Assembly (NCBI GenBank): GCA_043805735.1
Contig: JAZDHS010000044.1
Span: 4,829 to 68,828 of the forward strand
DNA length: 64,000 bases
Source: Candidatus Omnitrophota bacterium
Lineage (GTDB): Bacteria > Omnitrophota > Gorgyraeia > JAFGHF01
Reading direction: 5' to 3'
Shown here: positions 29,159 to 38,520 of the stretch, piece after piece
How positions within the stretch are numbered: position 1 is the first letter of the stretch
How the letters are laid out: every line of letters starts with the position of its first letter
The notes under the pieces: generated by a model
The model's input: only the letters and a program-made list of their open reading frames with translations
Told to the model about the DNA's origin: nothing
Databases searched by the model: none
Position numbers and translations under genes: made by a program

Positions 29159-31473
29159 TGAAAAATAGAATAATTCCTCTCGCCACATTTCTTATCGGTT
29201 TTACGGCGATGAGTACGCAGATCGTAGTCTTGCGTCAGCTCATCGTGGTCTTTTACGGTAACGAAATCTCACTTGGCCTAATGCTTGCGGCCTGGCTTTT
29301 TTGGGGCGCGCTCGGCAGTTGGCTGTTCGGACGCCTGGGCGACCGCTGGGGAAATCTCACCGTCATATTCTCGCTTTGCCAGATCGCACTTGCCGTAAAC
29401 CTAACGGCTGAAGTTTCACTCATCCGGTTTAGCCGCAGTATTCTCCACATTCTACCGGGTGAGCTGATCGGTTTTCTGCCGATGGTCCTGTTTAGTTTCT
29501 CGGTCCTTTCCTTAATCTGCATAATTTTGGGCTTTCTCTTTGCCTTGGCCTGTCGAATTTACCCCGTTCCCGCGCGCAGCGGCGGGGCGAGTCCCCACGC
29601 CGGCGGCGCGCGGGGAATTGGCACGGTATATATCGTCGAGGCCCTCGGCGCGGTTTGCGGCGGGTACCTGGTGAGCTTCTTTTTGATCCGTTATTTTGAT
29701 GCGCTCTATATTATGTGTTTCCTGGCGCTGGTCAATTTGGCCTGCGCCTTTTTTCTCTCCGCGGGCCTTAAACACGGCCGCGCCGGGTTAGCCATCCGCG
29801 CGCTGAGCGCTATGCTGTTCTTAGCCTTGAGCCTGTCCTTGCTCAGCGGGCAGGCTAAAACGCTCAAGGATTTTTCTCTTCACAAACAATGGAAGGAGTT
29901 TAAGCTCTTAGCGGTTAAAGATTCACTCTACAGCAATCTGGCAGTAACACAACAGGGTGAGCAGTTTTCTTTTTTTAGTAACGGGCTTTATCTTTTTAGC
30001 GTGCCCGATGAAGCGGGCTCTGAAGAGGCGGCGCATTTCGCTCTTTTGCAAACGCCTGCAGCCTCTCAGCGCGTGCTGCTCATCGGCGCAGGAATAGGGG
30101 GTATAGCTGGAGAAATTTTAAAGCATCCCGTTTCTGCGCTGGATTATATCGAGCTGGACCCCGAACTAGTCGCTTTAGCCGAAACTTTTTTACCGCGCGA
30201 ACAGTTGCTTTTTTTAAACGATCCGCGCGTCAAGGTATTCCATCAGGACGGCCGTTTGTTTATCCGCCAGGCCCGCCGGCTGCGCCAAGGGCCATATGAG
30301 AGCGTCATTGTGCACCTGGGCGACCCGGCTACGGCGCAGCTCAACCGCTATTACACCTTAGAATTTTTCCGGCAGGTTGCGGCTATTTTAGGCGATAAGG
30401 GCGTATTTTCTTTTTCTTTGACCGCCGCAGAAAATTTTTTAAGCGACGAACAGCAACAGTTCCTCGCCTCGATTTATCGCACGCTCAAAAAAGTATTTAA
30501 GGAAATCAAGGTGATTCCCGGCGGCACCGCTTACTTTTTAGCCACCAATACCCCCGGGCTATTGACCGATGATCCCGGAGAACTCACCCAACGCCTGGCG
30601 GAGCGCGGCATCGCCACTAAATTTGTGCGTGATTATTACCTTTTTGCCCAACTCGCGCCCGACCGAATTGCCTACCTGGAAGGAAAAATTCAGCGCCAAG
30701 AGCGGGCCCAGGTTAATACCGATTTACGGCCGATTTCCTATTATTACGATATGGTGCTCTGGAGCACCTATTTTGCCGAACCCTGGCGCAGCCTGTTTGC
30801 CCGGATCGATGTAAAAAAACTCTGGGCCTTCTTTGGTTGTGTTTATTTAGCTATTCTCTCCTGGGGTTTAAAGCGACGCCGAACCAATAGCCGCAGCGCG
30901 CCGGTGCTGTTAGCCGTTTATACCACCGGACTGACCGAGCTGAGCTTTCAGGTGATTATTTTGCTTGCCTTCCAGATTATCTACGGGTATCTTTATTATA
31001 AGATTGGTTTTATTCTAAGTTCTTTTATGATTGGTCTGGCCGGTGGCGCTTACATCATGACCAAAAATCTAGACCGCTTAAACGACGCCTATCGCACTTT
31101 TACGAAAACGCAGATTGCGATTTGTGTCTATCCGCTGATTTTGCCGCTGGTGTTTTCCGGCCTTAGCCGTTCCGGCGCCGCGGCCGCCTGGGATTGGGCG
31201 GGAAGCAATATCGTCTTTACGTTTTTGCCGGTGATCTCCGGCTTTATCGGAGGGTTGCAATTTCCCCTGGCCAATAAAATCATCTTAAGCGAAAGCCAGG
31301 ATATCGGCCGTGTTTCCGGAATCACCTACGGTATGGATTTGTTTGGTTCCTGCCTGGGGGCGCTCTTAGTAAGCGCGTTTTTAATTCCCCTCTTAGGAAT
31401 TACCCAGACTTGTCTGGCCGTGGCGTTGTTAAATACCACAGTGCTTGTCTTTTTATTTTTAAAAGGCAGATAA
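29158..31473 (+). CDS. fused polytopic membrane protein / spermidine-synthase-like (aminopropyltransferase fold) protein
   Basis: ~8 TM helices at the N-terminus and ~7 at the C-terminus flank a central Rossmann SAM-binding segment (VLLIGAGIGGIAGEIL...YIELDPELV.LA...DPRVKVFHQDGR.F). ATG at 29158 overlaps the rSAM stop (TAATG); the ORF track uses TTG at 29152. Confidence 0.65.
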   Translation: MKNRIIPLATFLIGFTAMSTQIVVLRQLIVVFYGNEISLGLMLAAWLFWGALGSWLFGRLGDRWGNLTVIFSLCQIALAVNLTAEVSLIRFSRSILHILPGELIGFLPMVLFSFSVLSLICIILGFLFALACRIYPVPARSGGASPHAGGARGIGTVYIVEALGAVCGGYLVSFFLIRYFDALYIMCFLALVNLACAFFLSAGLKHGRAGLAIRALSAMLFLALSLSLLSGQAKTLKDFSLHKQWKEFKLLAVKDSLYSNLAVTQQGEQFSFFSNGLYLFSVPDEAGSEEAAHFALLQTPAASQRVLLIGAGIGGIAGEILKHPVSALDYIELDPELVALAETFLPREQLLFLNDPRVKVFHQDGRLFIRQARRLRQGPYESVIVHLGDPATAQLNRYYTLEFFRQVAAILGDKGVFSFSLTAAENFLSDEQQQFLASIYRTLKKVFKEIKVIPGGTAYFLATNTPGLLTDDPGELTQRLAERGIATKFVRDYYLFAQLAPDRIAYLEGKIQRQERAQVNTDLRPISYYYDMVLWSTYFAEPWRSLFARIDVKKLWAFFGCVYLAILSWGLKRRRTNSRSAPVLLAVYTTGLTELSFQVIILLAFQIIYGYLYYKIGFILSSFMIGLAGGAYIMTKNLDRLNDAYRTFTKTQIAICVYPLILPLVFSGLSRSGAAAAWDWAGSNIVFTFLPVISGFIGGLQFPLANKIILSESQDIGRVSGITYGMDLFGSCLGALLVSAFLIPLLGITQTCLAVALLNTTVLVFLFLKGR

Positions 31474-31487
31474 AACTGGAGGACTAG

Positions 31488-32411
31488 ATGTTTACGTCGG
31501 TATTTTCGCGGATCAGCGTCATTTTTGCCGTGCTTTTAATCGGCGCGATTGGCCGTTGGTGCAAGGTTCTCTCTAAAGAGTCTACTGATGGCCTCACCCG
31601 GCTGACCTTTGAGATTACGCTGCCCTTACTTTATTTTTCCACCCTTGCCGCTAACTTAAATCGCGAGCTTTTCCTTTCGATCTGGCCGCTGGTGTTGTGG
31701 GCGGGGGCCTTGACGTTGCTTTCCTTAGCGGTCAGCTGGATCTTTGCCTTGGGCTTGAATGGCGCCGGGCCGCAGCGTAGGACTTTTATCTTTCTGGCTA
31801 CGTTTGGCAATTATGGTTTTTTGGCCATTCCCTTGATCTATGCCCTCTTTGGCCAGGAAGGGTTAATACTGATTTTTGTGTTCAACTTAGGGCTAGCCTT
31901 TCTTTATTGGACGTTAGGCGTTTCGATCTTAGACACGACGCCGAAGAAAGGCCGGCAGCTCTTCGCCAACATCTTTAATAACGCGACTATTGCTTTAATC
32001 CTGGGCTTGGTGGTCGGCATTACCAATTTGCCTCTGCCGCGTTTTCTCCTGGAAGCCGCCCGGATGATCGGCGATACTTCTATTGCCCTGGCCTTGGTGG
32101 TGATCGGCTCGCTTTTGGCGCAGAAAGATTCGGCCCAAAAATTCTCCTGGCGCACGATGGGCCTGTTGGCGCTTTGCCGCTTGTTGGTTATCCCGGCCTT
32201 GGCGCTGGTATTGGTCCAGCTTTGGCCGGGTTTACCGAAGACCTGGGGGGCGCTGGTAGTTTTACAGGCGGCAATGCCTTCAGCTTCAACCACCCCGATA
32301 TTGACCCGCCGCTTCGGCGGGGATAGCGAAAGCGCGGCCAGCGGTGTATTTTTTACTACGCTCCTGAGCATTCTGACTATTCCCTTATTTATGAGTTTAG
32401 CATTGCGATAA
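31488..32411 (+). CDS. AEC (auxin efflux carrier) family membrane transporter
   Basis: 307 aa, ~10 TM segments, two-repeat AEC-like topology. Confidence 0.55.
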   Translation: MFTSVFSRISVIFAVLLIGAIGRWCKVLSKESTDGLTRLTFEITLPLLYFSTLAANLNRELFLSIWPLVLWAGALTLLSLAVSWIFALGLNGAGPQRRTFIFLATFGNYGFLAIPLIYALFGQEGLILIFVFNLGLAFLYWTLGVSILDTTPKKGRQLFANIFNNATIALILGLVVGITNLPLPRFLLEAARMIGDTSIALALVVIGSLLAQKDSAQKFSWRTMGLLALCRLLVIPALALVLVQLWPGLPKTWGALVVLQAAMPSASTTPILTRRFGGDSESAASGVFFTTLLSILTIPLFMSLALR

Positions 32412-32462
32412 TTCCTTTCTTTTGTTATAATGTCTCATCCCTGGATTTAAAGTACCCTAGAA

Positions 32463-33983
32463 ATGAAAAAAGGTTTCGATAACGAAAAGTACCTCAGCGA
32501 ACAGACCAAGGCCATTCTCGATCGGGTAGCCCAATTTGACCACAAACTCTATCTTGAATTCGGCGGAAAACTCCTGTTTGATTATCATGCCTCGCGCGTC
32601 CTTCCCGGCTACGACCCTTCGGTAAAAATGCAGCTTTTAAAGCGGCTTAAGGATAAGATCGAAATTATTATTTGCATCTACGCCAAGGATATTGAGGCCG
32701 GGCGCCTGCGCGGCGATTTTGGGATGACCTACGACCTGGCCTGTTTAAAGACGATCGACGACTTAAAAGACTGGGGCCTGAACGTCACGAACGTTGTAAT
32801 CACGCGTTTTAAATCCGAGCCCCTGGCGATAAAATTTAAGAATCGGCTGGAAAGAAAAGGAATCCAGGTCTATTTACATTACGAAATCAAGGGCTATCCC
32901 GGCAACATCGATAAAATTGTCAGTAAGGCCGGATACGGCCGCAATGAATATATTAAGACTGAAAAGCCGATTGTGGTCGTAACCGCCCCCGGCCCGGGCA
33001 GCGGAAAACTTGCTGCCTGCCTTTCCCAGATGTATCACGACCACAAAAAAGGCATCGACTCCGGCTATGCCAAGTTTGAGACCTTCCCGATCTGGAATTT
33101 GCCCCTGCATCATCCGGTAAATGTGGCCTATGAATCAGCGACCGCCGATTTGGCTGACTATAATCTGGTTGACCCGCATCATTTGAAAACCTATAATAAA
33201 AAGTCAATTAATTACAACCGCGATGTCGATGCCTTCCCGATCCTAAAAAGTATTTTAGAAAAGATCATCGGTAAAAGCGCGAAAAAGATAATGTACAACT
33301 CACCCACCGATATGGGCGTCAACCGTGCCGGCTTTGGTATCATTGACGACGAGGCGGTAAAGGCAGCCGCCAAGCAGGAAATTATCCGCCGTTTCTTCCG
33401 TTATCACTGGGAGTTTATGTTGGGCTTGGAAAAGAAGGAAACCGTGGAGCGGGCCAAGGAATTAATGAAGCAAGAGGGCCTGAAAGAAGAAGACCGCGCC
33501 TGTGTGCTGCCGGCAAGAAAGGCGGCTGAGGATGCCGCCAAAACATCGGGAAAAGGCAATAACGGGGTCTTTTGCGGCGCGGCAATTGAATTAGCCGAAG
33601 GAAAAATTATTACCGGCAAGAATTCACCGCTGATGCATGCCGCCTCGGCGGCGGTAATCAACGCTATTAAGCACCTGGCTGAGGTTCCCGATAAGATTCA
33701 TCTTCTTCCCAGTAACGTGATTGGCAACATTGCAGCTTTAAAAAAAGACATCCTTGATTTAAAAACCGAGAGTTTGGACCTGGAAGAAACCCTGGTCGCG
33801 CTTTCGATCAGCGCGGCGGCCAATCCGACCGCTGAAGCCGCGGTCAAGGCGCTCAAGGCCCTTGGCGGCTGTGAAATGCATATGAGCCACATCCCCAGCC
33901 GCGGTGACGAGGCGGGTTTGCGCAAACTGAAAATCAATTTTACCTGCGATGCCCAGCCGACGTCGCATTATTTTTTGAGGTAA
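32463..33983 (+). CDS. DUF1846 / UPF0371 family protein (function unknown)
   Basis: 506 aa soluble protein; N-terminal KYL.EQ...L.R....KLYLEFGGKL..D.HASRVLPG is recalled from UPF0371 proteins. Confidence 0.45.
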   Translation: MKKGFDNEKYLSEQTKAILDRVAQFDHKLYLEFGGKLLFDYHASRVLPGYDPSVKMQLLKRLKDKIEIIICIYAKDIEAGRLRGDFGMTYDLACLKTIDDLKDWGLNVTNVVITRFKSEPLAIKFKNRLERKGIQVYLHYEIKGYPGNIDKIVSKAGYGRNEYIKTEKPIVVVTAPGPGSGKLAACLSQMYHDHKKGIDSGYAKFETFPIWNLPLHHPVNVAYESATADLADYNLVDPHHLKTYNKKSINYNRDVDAFPILKSILEKIIGKSAKKIMYNSPTDMGVNRAGFGIIDDEAVKAAAKQEIIRRFFRYHWEFMLGLEKKETVERAKELMKQEGLKEEDRACVLPARKAAEDAAKTSGKGNNGVFCGAAIELAEGKIITGKNSPLMHAASAAVINAIKHLAEVPDKIHLLPSNVIGNIAALKKDILDLKTESLDLEETLVALSISAAANPTAEAAVKALKALGGCEMHMSHIPSRGDEAGLRKLKINFTCDAQPTSHYFLR

Positions 33984-33989
33984 TCTTTA

Positions 33990-34757
33990 ATGAAAACATT
34001 GCGCCTGAATGCCCGCGCGGTCGAACAGAAGCTAATCCGCTTTATCCGCCAACAAATGCAACAGGCCCATTTTTCGAAAGTGGTCTTGGGTATCTCCGGC
34101 GGCGTAGATTCGGCATTGGCGCTGCATCTTTGTTGTCGGGCCTTAGGTTCGGAGAACGTCTTTGGTCTGATTTTACCCTATAAAACAACACCTCAGAAGA
34201 GCATTACTTATGCCCGTCTTTTAGCCCGGAAATACGGCGTCAAGACTAAGCTGGTTGATATTACCCCCCAGATTGACGCTTATTTTAGCCGCTTTAGCGA
34301 TGCCGACAGGATCAGGCGCGGCAATAAAATGGCCAGAGAGCGGATGAGCATTCTCTATGACCATTCCCAGGCCTGGCGCGCGCTGGTAGTGGGAACGGGA
34401 AATCGCAGCGAAAGCCTCTTGGGCTACGGGACTATTTACGGCGATATGGCCTGCGCCTTTAATCCCTTAGGCGGACTTTACAAAACGCAAGTCCGGCAGT
34501 TGGCAAAATCTGCTGGGATTCCCAAAGTAATTATTACCCAGGCGCCGACGGCCGGACTCTGGCCCGGGCAAACCGATGAAGGGGAATTAGGTATGACTTA
34601 TGCCCAAGTCGATAAACTGCTTTTTGCCTTGATCGACCGGCGTGTTTCGGAAAAAAAACTACGCCGGCAATTTTCGCCGGCGTTTATTCAAAGAGTCAAA
34701 ACACTGATCGCTGCTAACAAATTTAAAACCCGCCTACCCCCCATCGCCCAGCTCTAA
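33990..34757 (+). CDS. nadE: NH3-dependent NAD+ synthetase
   Basis: PP-loop SGGVDSA (GISGGVDSALALHLC); 255 aa. Confidence 0.8.
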   Translation: MKTLRLNARAVEQKLIRFIRQQMQQAHFSKVVLGISGGVDSALALHLCCRALGSENVFGLILPYKTTPQKSITYARLLARKYGVKTKLVDITPQIDAYFSRFSDADRIRRGNKMARERMSILYDHSQAWRALVVGTGNRSESLLGYGTIYGDMACAFNPLGGLYKTQVRQLAKSAGIPKVIITQAPTAGLWPGQTDEGELGMTYAQVDKLLFALIDRRVSEKKLRRQFSPAFIQRVKTLIAANKFKTRLPPIAQL

Positions 34758-36259
34758 AGCAAGGGCAGGTATTTCTTAATCTCGTGTGACGTAATTTGAA
34801 TCCGGTATTCTTCCCATTCCCGTTCTTTATTCAGGATAAAACGGGTAAAGATATGCTCACCGAGCGTTTCCCGCACCAGTTTACTTTTTCGGGTTTCTTC
34901 GATTGCCTCAAAAAGGTTTCCCGGAAGCGGATGTAAACCCCGCCGTTTGCGCTCTTCCATTGCCATTTCATAGATATTCGGCTCGACCGGCTCAGGAATT
35001 TTATATTTCTTTTCAATACCTTCTAAGCCGGCGGCGAGCATCACCGCTAAGGCCAGGTAGGGGTTAGCCGCCGGGTCGGGACAGCGTAGTTCCGCGCGCG
35101 TTGCTTGCTCATTGCCCGGGCGATACAGTGGCACGCGGATTAAGGCGGTACGATTACGTTGGGCCCAAGAGATGTAGACCGGGGCTTCGTAGCCGGCAAC
35201 GAGGCGCTTGTAGGAGTTGACCCATTGCGCGGTTAAGGCGCAGATTTCCCGGGCATGCTTGAGCTGACCGGCGATAAAATATTTAGCCAGTGCCGAGAGA
35301 TTAGTTTTATCCTTGGGGTCAAAAAAGGCGTTGCGCTTGCCGTTAAAAAGCGATTCGTGCAGATGCATACCGGTTCCATTTACCCCATAGATTGGTTTGG
35401 GCATAAAGGTGGCATAGACCCCTTGTTGTTGGGCCACCTCTTTAATCACAAAACGGCTGCTGACGATATTGTCCGCCGCGCGTAAGGCCTCGCTGTATTT
35501 AGGGTCAATCTCGTGCTGGCTGGGCGCGACCTCGTGGTGCGAGGCCTCAATCACAATACCCATCTCTTCGAGCGTGCGCACCGTTTGGTTACGTAAATTA
35601 TTGGCCAAATCGTTGGGGATGAGCTCAAAATAGGTTCCTTCGTCCAAGACCTCGGGAGATTTATCGCTCTTAAAATAGAAATATTCTATTTCCGCGCCGA
35701 CATTAAAATCATAACCCATATTTTTAGCCCGCCGAAGAACGCGCTTGAGTGCATAGCGTGGGTCACCGGCATAAGGCGTACCGTCGGGATTTAAGATGTC
35801 GCAAAACATCCGGCCGATTGGGTTTTCCTCTTTAGTCCAGGGTAGAATCGTAAAAGTGTCAGGATCGGGCTTGGCGATGATGTCGCTTTCTTGGGCCTCG
35901 GCAAAGCCGGTGACCGATGAACCGTCAAAGCCTTTGCCGTGGGCCAGGGCGTCGGCGAGTTCCCCGTTGGTAATCGAAATGCATTTCAGGATGCCTAAAA
36001 TATCCACGAACCACAGTTGGATGGTGCGGATATTCTTTTCTTTTACCAATTGCAACAGGTGTTCAATCCTGGCGTCGTGTTTAGAATGTTTTTTTGCCGC
36101 GTCTTGAGGGTACGGTTCTTTAAGTTCTTGGTGGGGGATGATGTATTGGCGGCCGACCTTGATCGCCTTAATTGCCCCGCGGTTGATTCGATCAATAACG
36201 GCTTGGCGGCTGATTTTGAGTTTCTTGGCCATTTGTGTGGGGGTCAGATATTCGTCCAT
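34754..36259 (-). CDS. glnA: glutamine synthetase type I with N-terminal excisionase/MerR-type HTH domain
   Basis: ATG at 36259 with an AAAGGAGG RBS 9 nt upstream. N-terminal ~55 aa MDEYLTPTQMAKKLKISRQAVIDRINRGAIKAIKVGRQYIIP is an HTH_17-like domain. The rest is GS: beta-grasp then catalytic domain (KP..G.NGTGMH.H.SL ; NPYLA). The ORF track extends the start to 36316. Confidence 0.8.
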   Translation of the reverse strand: MDEYLTPTQMAKKLKISRQAVIDRINRGAIKAIKVGRQYIIPHQELKEPYPQDAAKKHSKHDARIEHLLQLVKEKNIRTIQLWFVDILGILKCISITNGELADALAHGKGFDGSSVTGFAEAQESDIIAKPDPDTFTILPWTKEENPIGRMFCDILNPDGTPYAGDPRYALKRVLRRAKNMGYDFNVGAEIEYFYFKSDKSPEVLDEGTYFELIPNDLANNLRNQTVRTLEEMGIVIEASHHEVAPSQHEIDPKYSEALRAADNIVSSRFVIKEVAQQQGVYATFMPKPIYGVNGTGMHLHESLFNGKRNAFFDPKDKTNLSALAKYFIAGQLKHAREICALTAQWVNSYKRLVAGYEAPVYISWAQRNRTALIRVPLYRPGNEQATRAELRCPDPAANPYLALAVMLAAGLEGIEKKYKIPEPVEPNIYEMAMEERKRRGLHPLPGNLFEAIEETRKSKLVRETLGEHIFTRFILNKEREWEEYRIQITSHEIKKYLPLL

Positions 36260-36287
36260 AGTAAATGTTCCTCCTTTACACTTGTCA

Positions 36288-36316
36288 AGTATAACATAGA
36301 GCTTTACGTTTGTCAA
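36288..36316 (-). promoter_or_regulatory. sigma70 promoter TTGACA-17-TATACT for HTH-glnA, with direct-repeat TTGACAAnnGTAAAG motif
   Basis: Minus-strand sequence reads ccTTGACAaacgtaaagctctatgtTATACTtgacaagtgtaaaggagg. The motif TTGACAAACGTAAAG / TTGACAAGTGTAAAG occurs twice, 29 nt apart. Confidence 0.6.
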
Positions 36317-36345
36317 GGGAAAAATAACAAATTTTTTTAGTAGAG

Positions 36346-37479
36346 TTAAGACAGGAGGCGGGTGATGATCTCGGCGGCCCTTGCGCTCGCCCCTGGTTCT
36401 CCCAGCTCGGCGCGGACCTTTTCCAACTCTTGCTTTACTTTTGTCAAGTAGGGCTGGTCCTGGAGCATTTCCAGGGCGGCCGTGGCGATGCGCTGCGGTT
36501 GGGCCTGGAACTGGACGAACTCAGGGATTATTTTCTTGCCGGCAACCACATTAACCAGGCCAATGTAAGGCAGCTTAATCAGGCTGCGGGCAATCAGCCA
36601 ATTAAGGAAAGAGACTTTATAGACAATAATCATCGGTTTGGTCATAATCGCCGTTTCTAAAGTGGCGGTCCCGGAGGCGACCAGGGCAAAATCGCAAATG
36701 TTTAAAAAATCATAAGTCCGGTTTTCGGATATCCGTGCCTCTAATGAGGATTTTTCCAGTATTGCCGTATAGAGCTCCTTGGGAAGCTCCGGGGTTTTTA
36801 AGATTACAAACTGCACGCGCCACAATTTCTCTTTGATGATCCGGGCGCTCTGTAAGAGCAGCGGCAGAATACGCTTGACTTCCATCGCCCGAGAACCGGG
36901 CATCAGCCCGACGGTTAAATTCTGCTCCGACAGGCGCAGGATATGCAGGTATTCTTCTTTGGTATGTTCAGGGCGGGCAATATCCAGAAGTGGATGGCCG
37001 ACAAAAGCGGCATTAATGCCGTGCTGGGCATAGAGCTCCTCTTCAAATTTGAAAATGACCAGCATTTTTTCCACTGAGCGCCGGATGGTTTCGATCCTTC
37101 CCGGCCACCAGGCCCAGATTTGCGGGCTGATGTAATAAATCACGCGGAACTTTCTTTTCTTGAGCTCTTGGGCGAGTTTTAAGTTGAAACCGGGATAGTC
37201 AATCAGGATAACCGCATCGGGTTGAGTTTCTTCAATATAGGCTAACAAGCGGGTAAAGATTTTTTTAATTTTGCTGTAATTTATTAGAACGTCGATAAAG
37301 CCCAAAAAAGCCAGTTCGGCGATATCAATAAAGATCTTGCAGCCGGCCAAGGCCATCCTTTGGCCGCCGATACCACAACAGCTAATTTCGGGATCGAGCC
37401 GTTTTAGGGCGCGCACGAGCGAGGCGCCGTGGAAATCGCCGGAGGCCTCTCCAGCGACAATCAGCAGTTTTTTAGGCAT
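36346..37479 (-). CDS. lpxB: lipid-A-disaccharide synthase
   Basis: KLLIVAGEASGD.HGA.L...L glycosyltransferase family 19 N-terminus; 377 aa. Confidence 0.85.
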   Translation of the reverse strand: MPKKLLIVAGEASGDFHGASLVRALKRLDPEISCCGIGGQRMALAGCKIFIDIAELAFLGFIDVLINYSKIKKIFTRLLAYIEETQPDAVILIDYPGFNLKLAQELKKRKFRVIYYISPQIWAWWPGRIETIRRSVEKMLVIFKFEEELYAQHGINAAFVGHPLLDIARPEHTKEEYLHILRLSEQNLTVGLMPGSRAMEVKRILPLLLQSARIIKEKLWRVQFVILKTPELPKELYTAILEKSSLEARISENRTYDFLNICDFALVASGTATLETAIMTKPMIIVYKVSFLNWLIARSLIKLPYIGLVNVVAGKKIIPEFVQFQAQPQRIATAALEMLQDQPYLTKVKQELEKVRAELGEPGASARAAEIITRLLS

Positions 37480-38401
37480 GGGTAGAGGAGGACTCTATTT
37501 TTTCAACAATTTCGCAGGCAATGGCCAGGGCATCGCGGCCTTGCTGGCCGGAAACGATCGGGGGTTTTTGTTCTTTCACACATTGCACAAAGGCGTCCAG
37601 CTCTTTTTGCAGCGGACGCTCTTTCTTGATATTAATTTTTTTGCGGGTGATTTTGCCGTGTTGTTTTTCGTAAATAAACGCCTCTTGAGCTTCATAATCT
37701 AAAGAGATATAGGCGTTTTCCTGGAACAGCCGGATTTTGCGCATTGATTTGGGGCTGATTCTGCTGGCGGTTATGTTGGCTACCGCCCCGTTTTTGAAAT
37801 TCAACCGGGCATTGGCGATATCCTCATGATTAGTGAGCACTTTAACGCCCACGGCCTGAATGGATTCAACCTCGGAATTGACCAGGGCCAGGATGATGTC
37901 GATATCATGGATCATTAAATCTAGAACCACACCGACGTCTTTAACCCGGGCGGCAAATGGACCTAACCGATGGCATTCAATAAACTTAGGCCTTCCAGGC
38001 ATTTTCTGAACCGCCTGCACGGCCGCATTGAATCGCTCCACATGCCCCACCTGCAGGACCAGGTTTTTCTTTTTGGCCAGAGCCAGAAGCTCATCGGCCT
38101 CTTTCACCGTGTTGGTGAAAGGTTTTTCCACCAACAGATGGATATCGTTTTCCAGAAAATCACGGGCGATCTTATAATGGAGATTGGTGGGCACAACGAT
38201 GCTGGCGGCGTCTACCAGGCCCCAGAACTGCTTATAATCGCTGAAATACTCGCAACGGCAGGCCCGGGCGACTTTGCGCGCTTTTTTGAGGTTAGTATCG
38301 GCCACGGCCACGAGCTTGGCGGACTCAATTCCCCGGTAGATGCGCGCGTGAATCGCGCCGAGGTTACCGACCCCGATAACGCCGACTTTGATTTTATCCA
38401 T
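37472..38401 (-). CDS. Gfo/Idh/MocA-family NAD(P)-dependent oxidoreductase (lpx-cluster associated; GnnA-like role is speculative)
   Basis: KIKVGVIGVGNLGAIHA Rossmann N-terminus and EKP motif. Start chosen at MDKIKVG (38401); overlaps the lpxB start by 8 nt. Confidence 0.6.
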   Translation of the reverse strand: MDKIKVGVIGVGNLGAIHARIYRGIESAKLVAVADTNLKKARKVARACRCEYFSDYKQFWGLVDAASIVVPTNLHYKIARDFLENDIHLLVEKPFTNTVKEADELLALAKKKNLVLQVGHVERFNAAVQAVQKMPGRPKFIECHRLGPFAARVKDVGVVLDLMIHDIDIILALVNSEVESIQAVGVKVLTNHEDIANARLNFKNGAVANITASRISPKSMRKIRLFQENAYISLDYEAQEAFIYEKQHGKITRKKINIKKERPLQKELDAFVQCVKEQKPPIVSGQQGRDALAIACEIVEKIESSSTHA

Positions 38402-38520
38402 GCGTGTTATTATATGAAAGTTATGGACAAAAGTCAACAAGTGTGTTATACTCCAAACCTACTAATGGAACCTTCCCAAGGGACGTTTTCCCTGGAAACT
38501 AAGAACTTAACCACGCATCG

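Noticed and set aside
36260-36345. GlnR/TnrA box (TGTNA-N7-TNACA) in the glnA promoter
   Set aside because: The nearest candidate, TGTTATACTTGACA, has 4-nt rather than 7-nt spacing. The direct repeat TTGACAAnnGTAAAG is reported instead.
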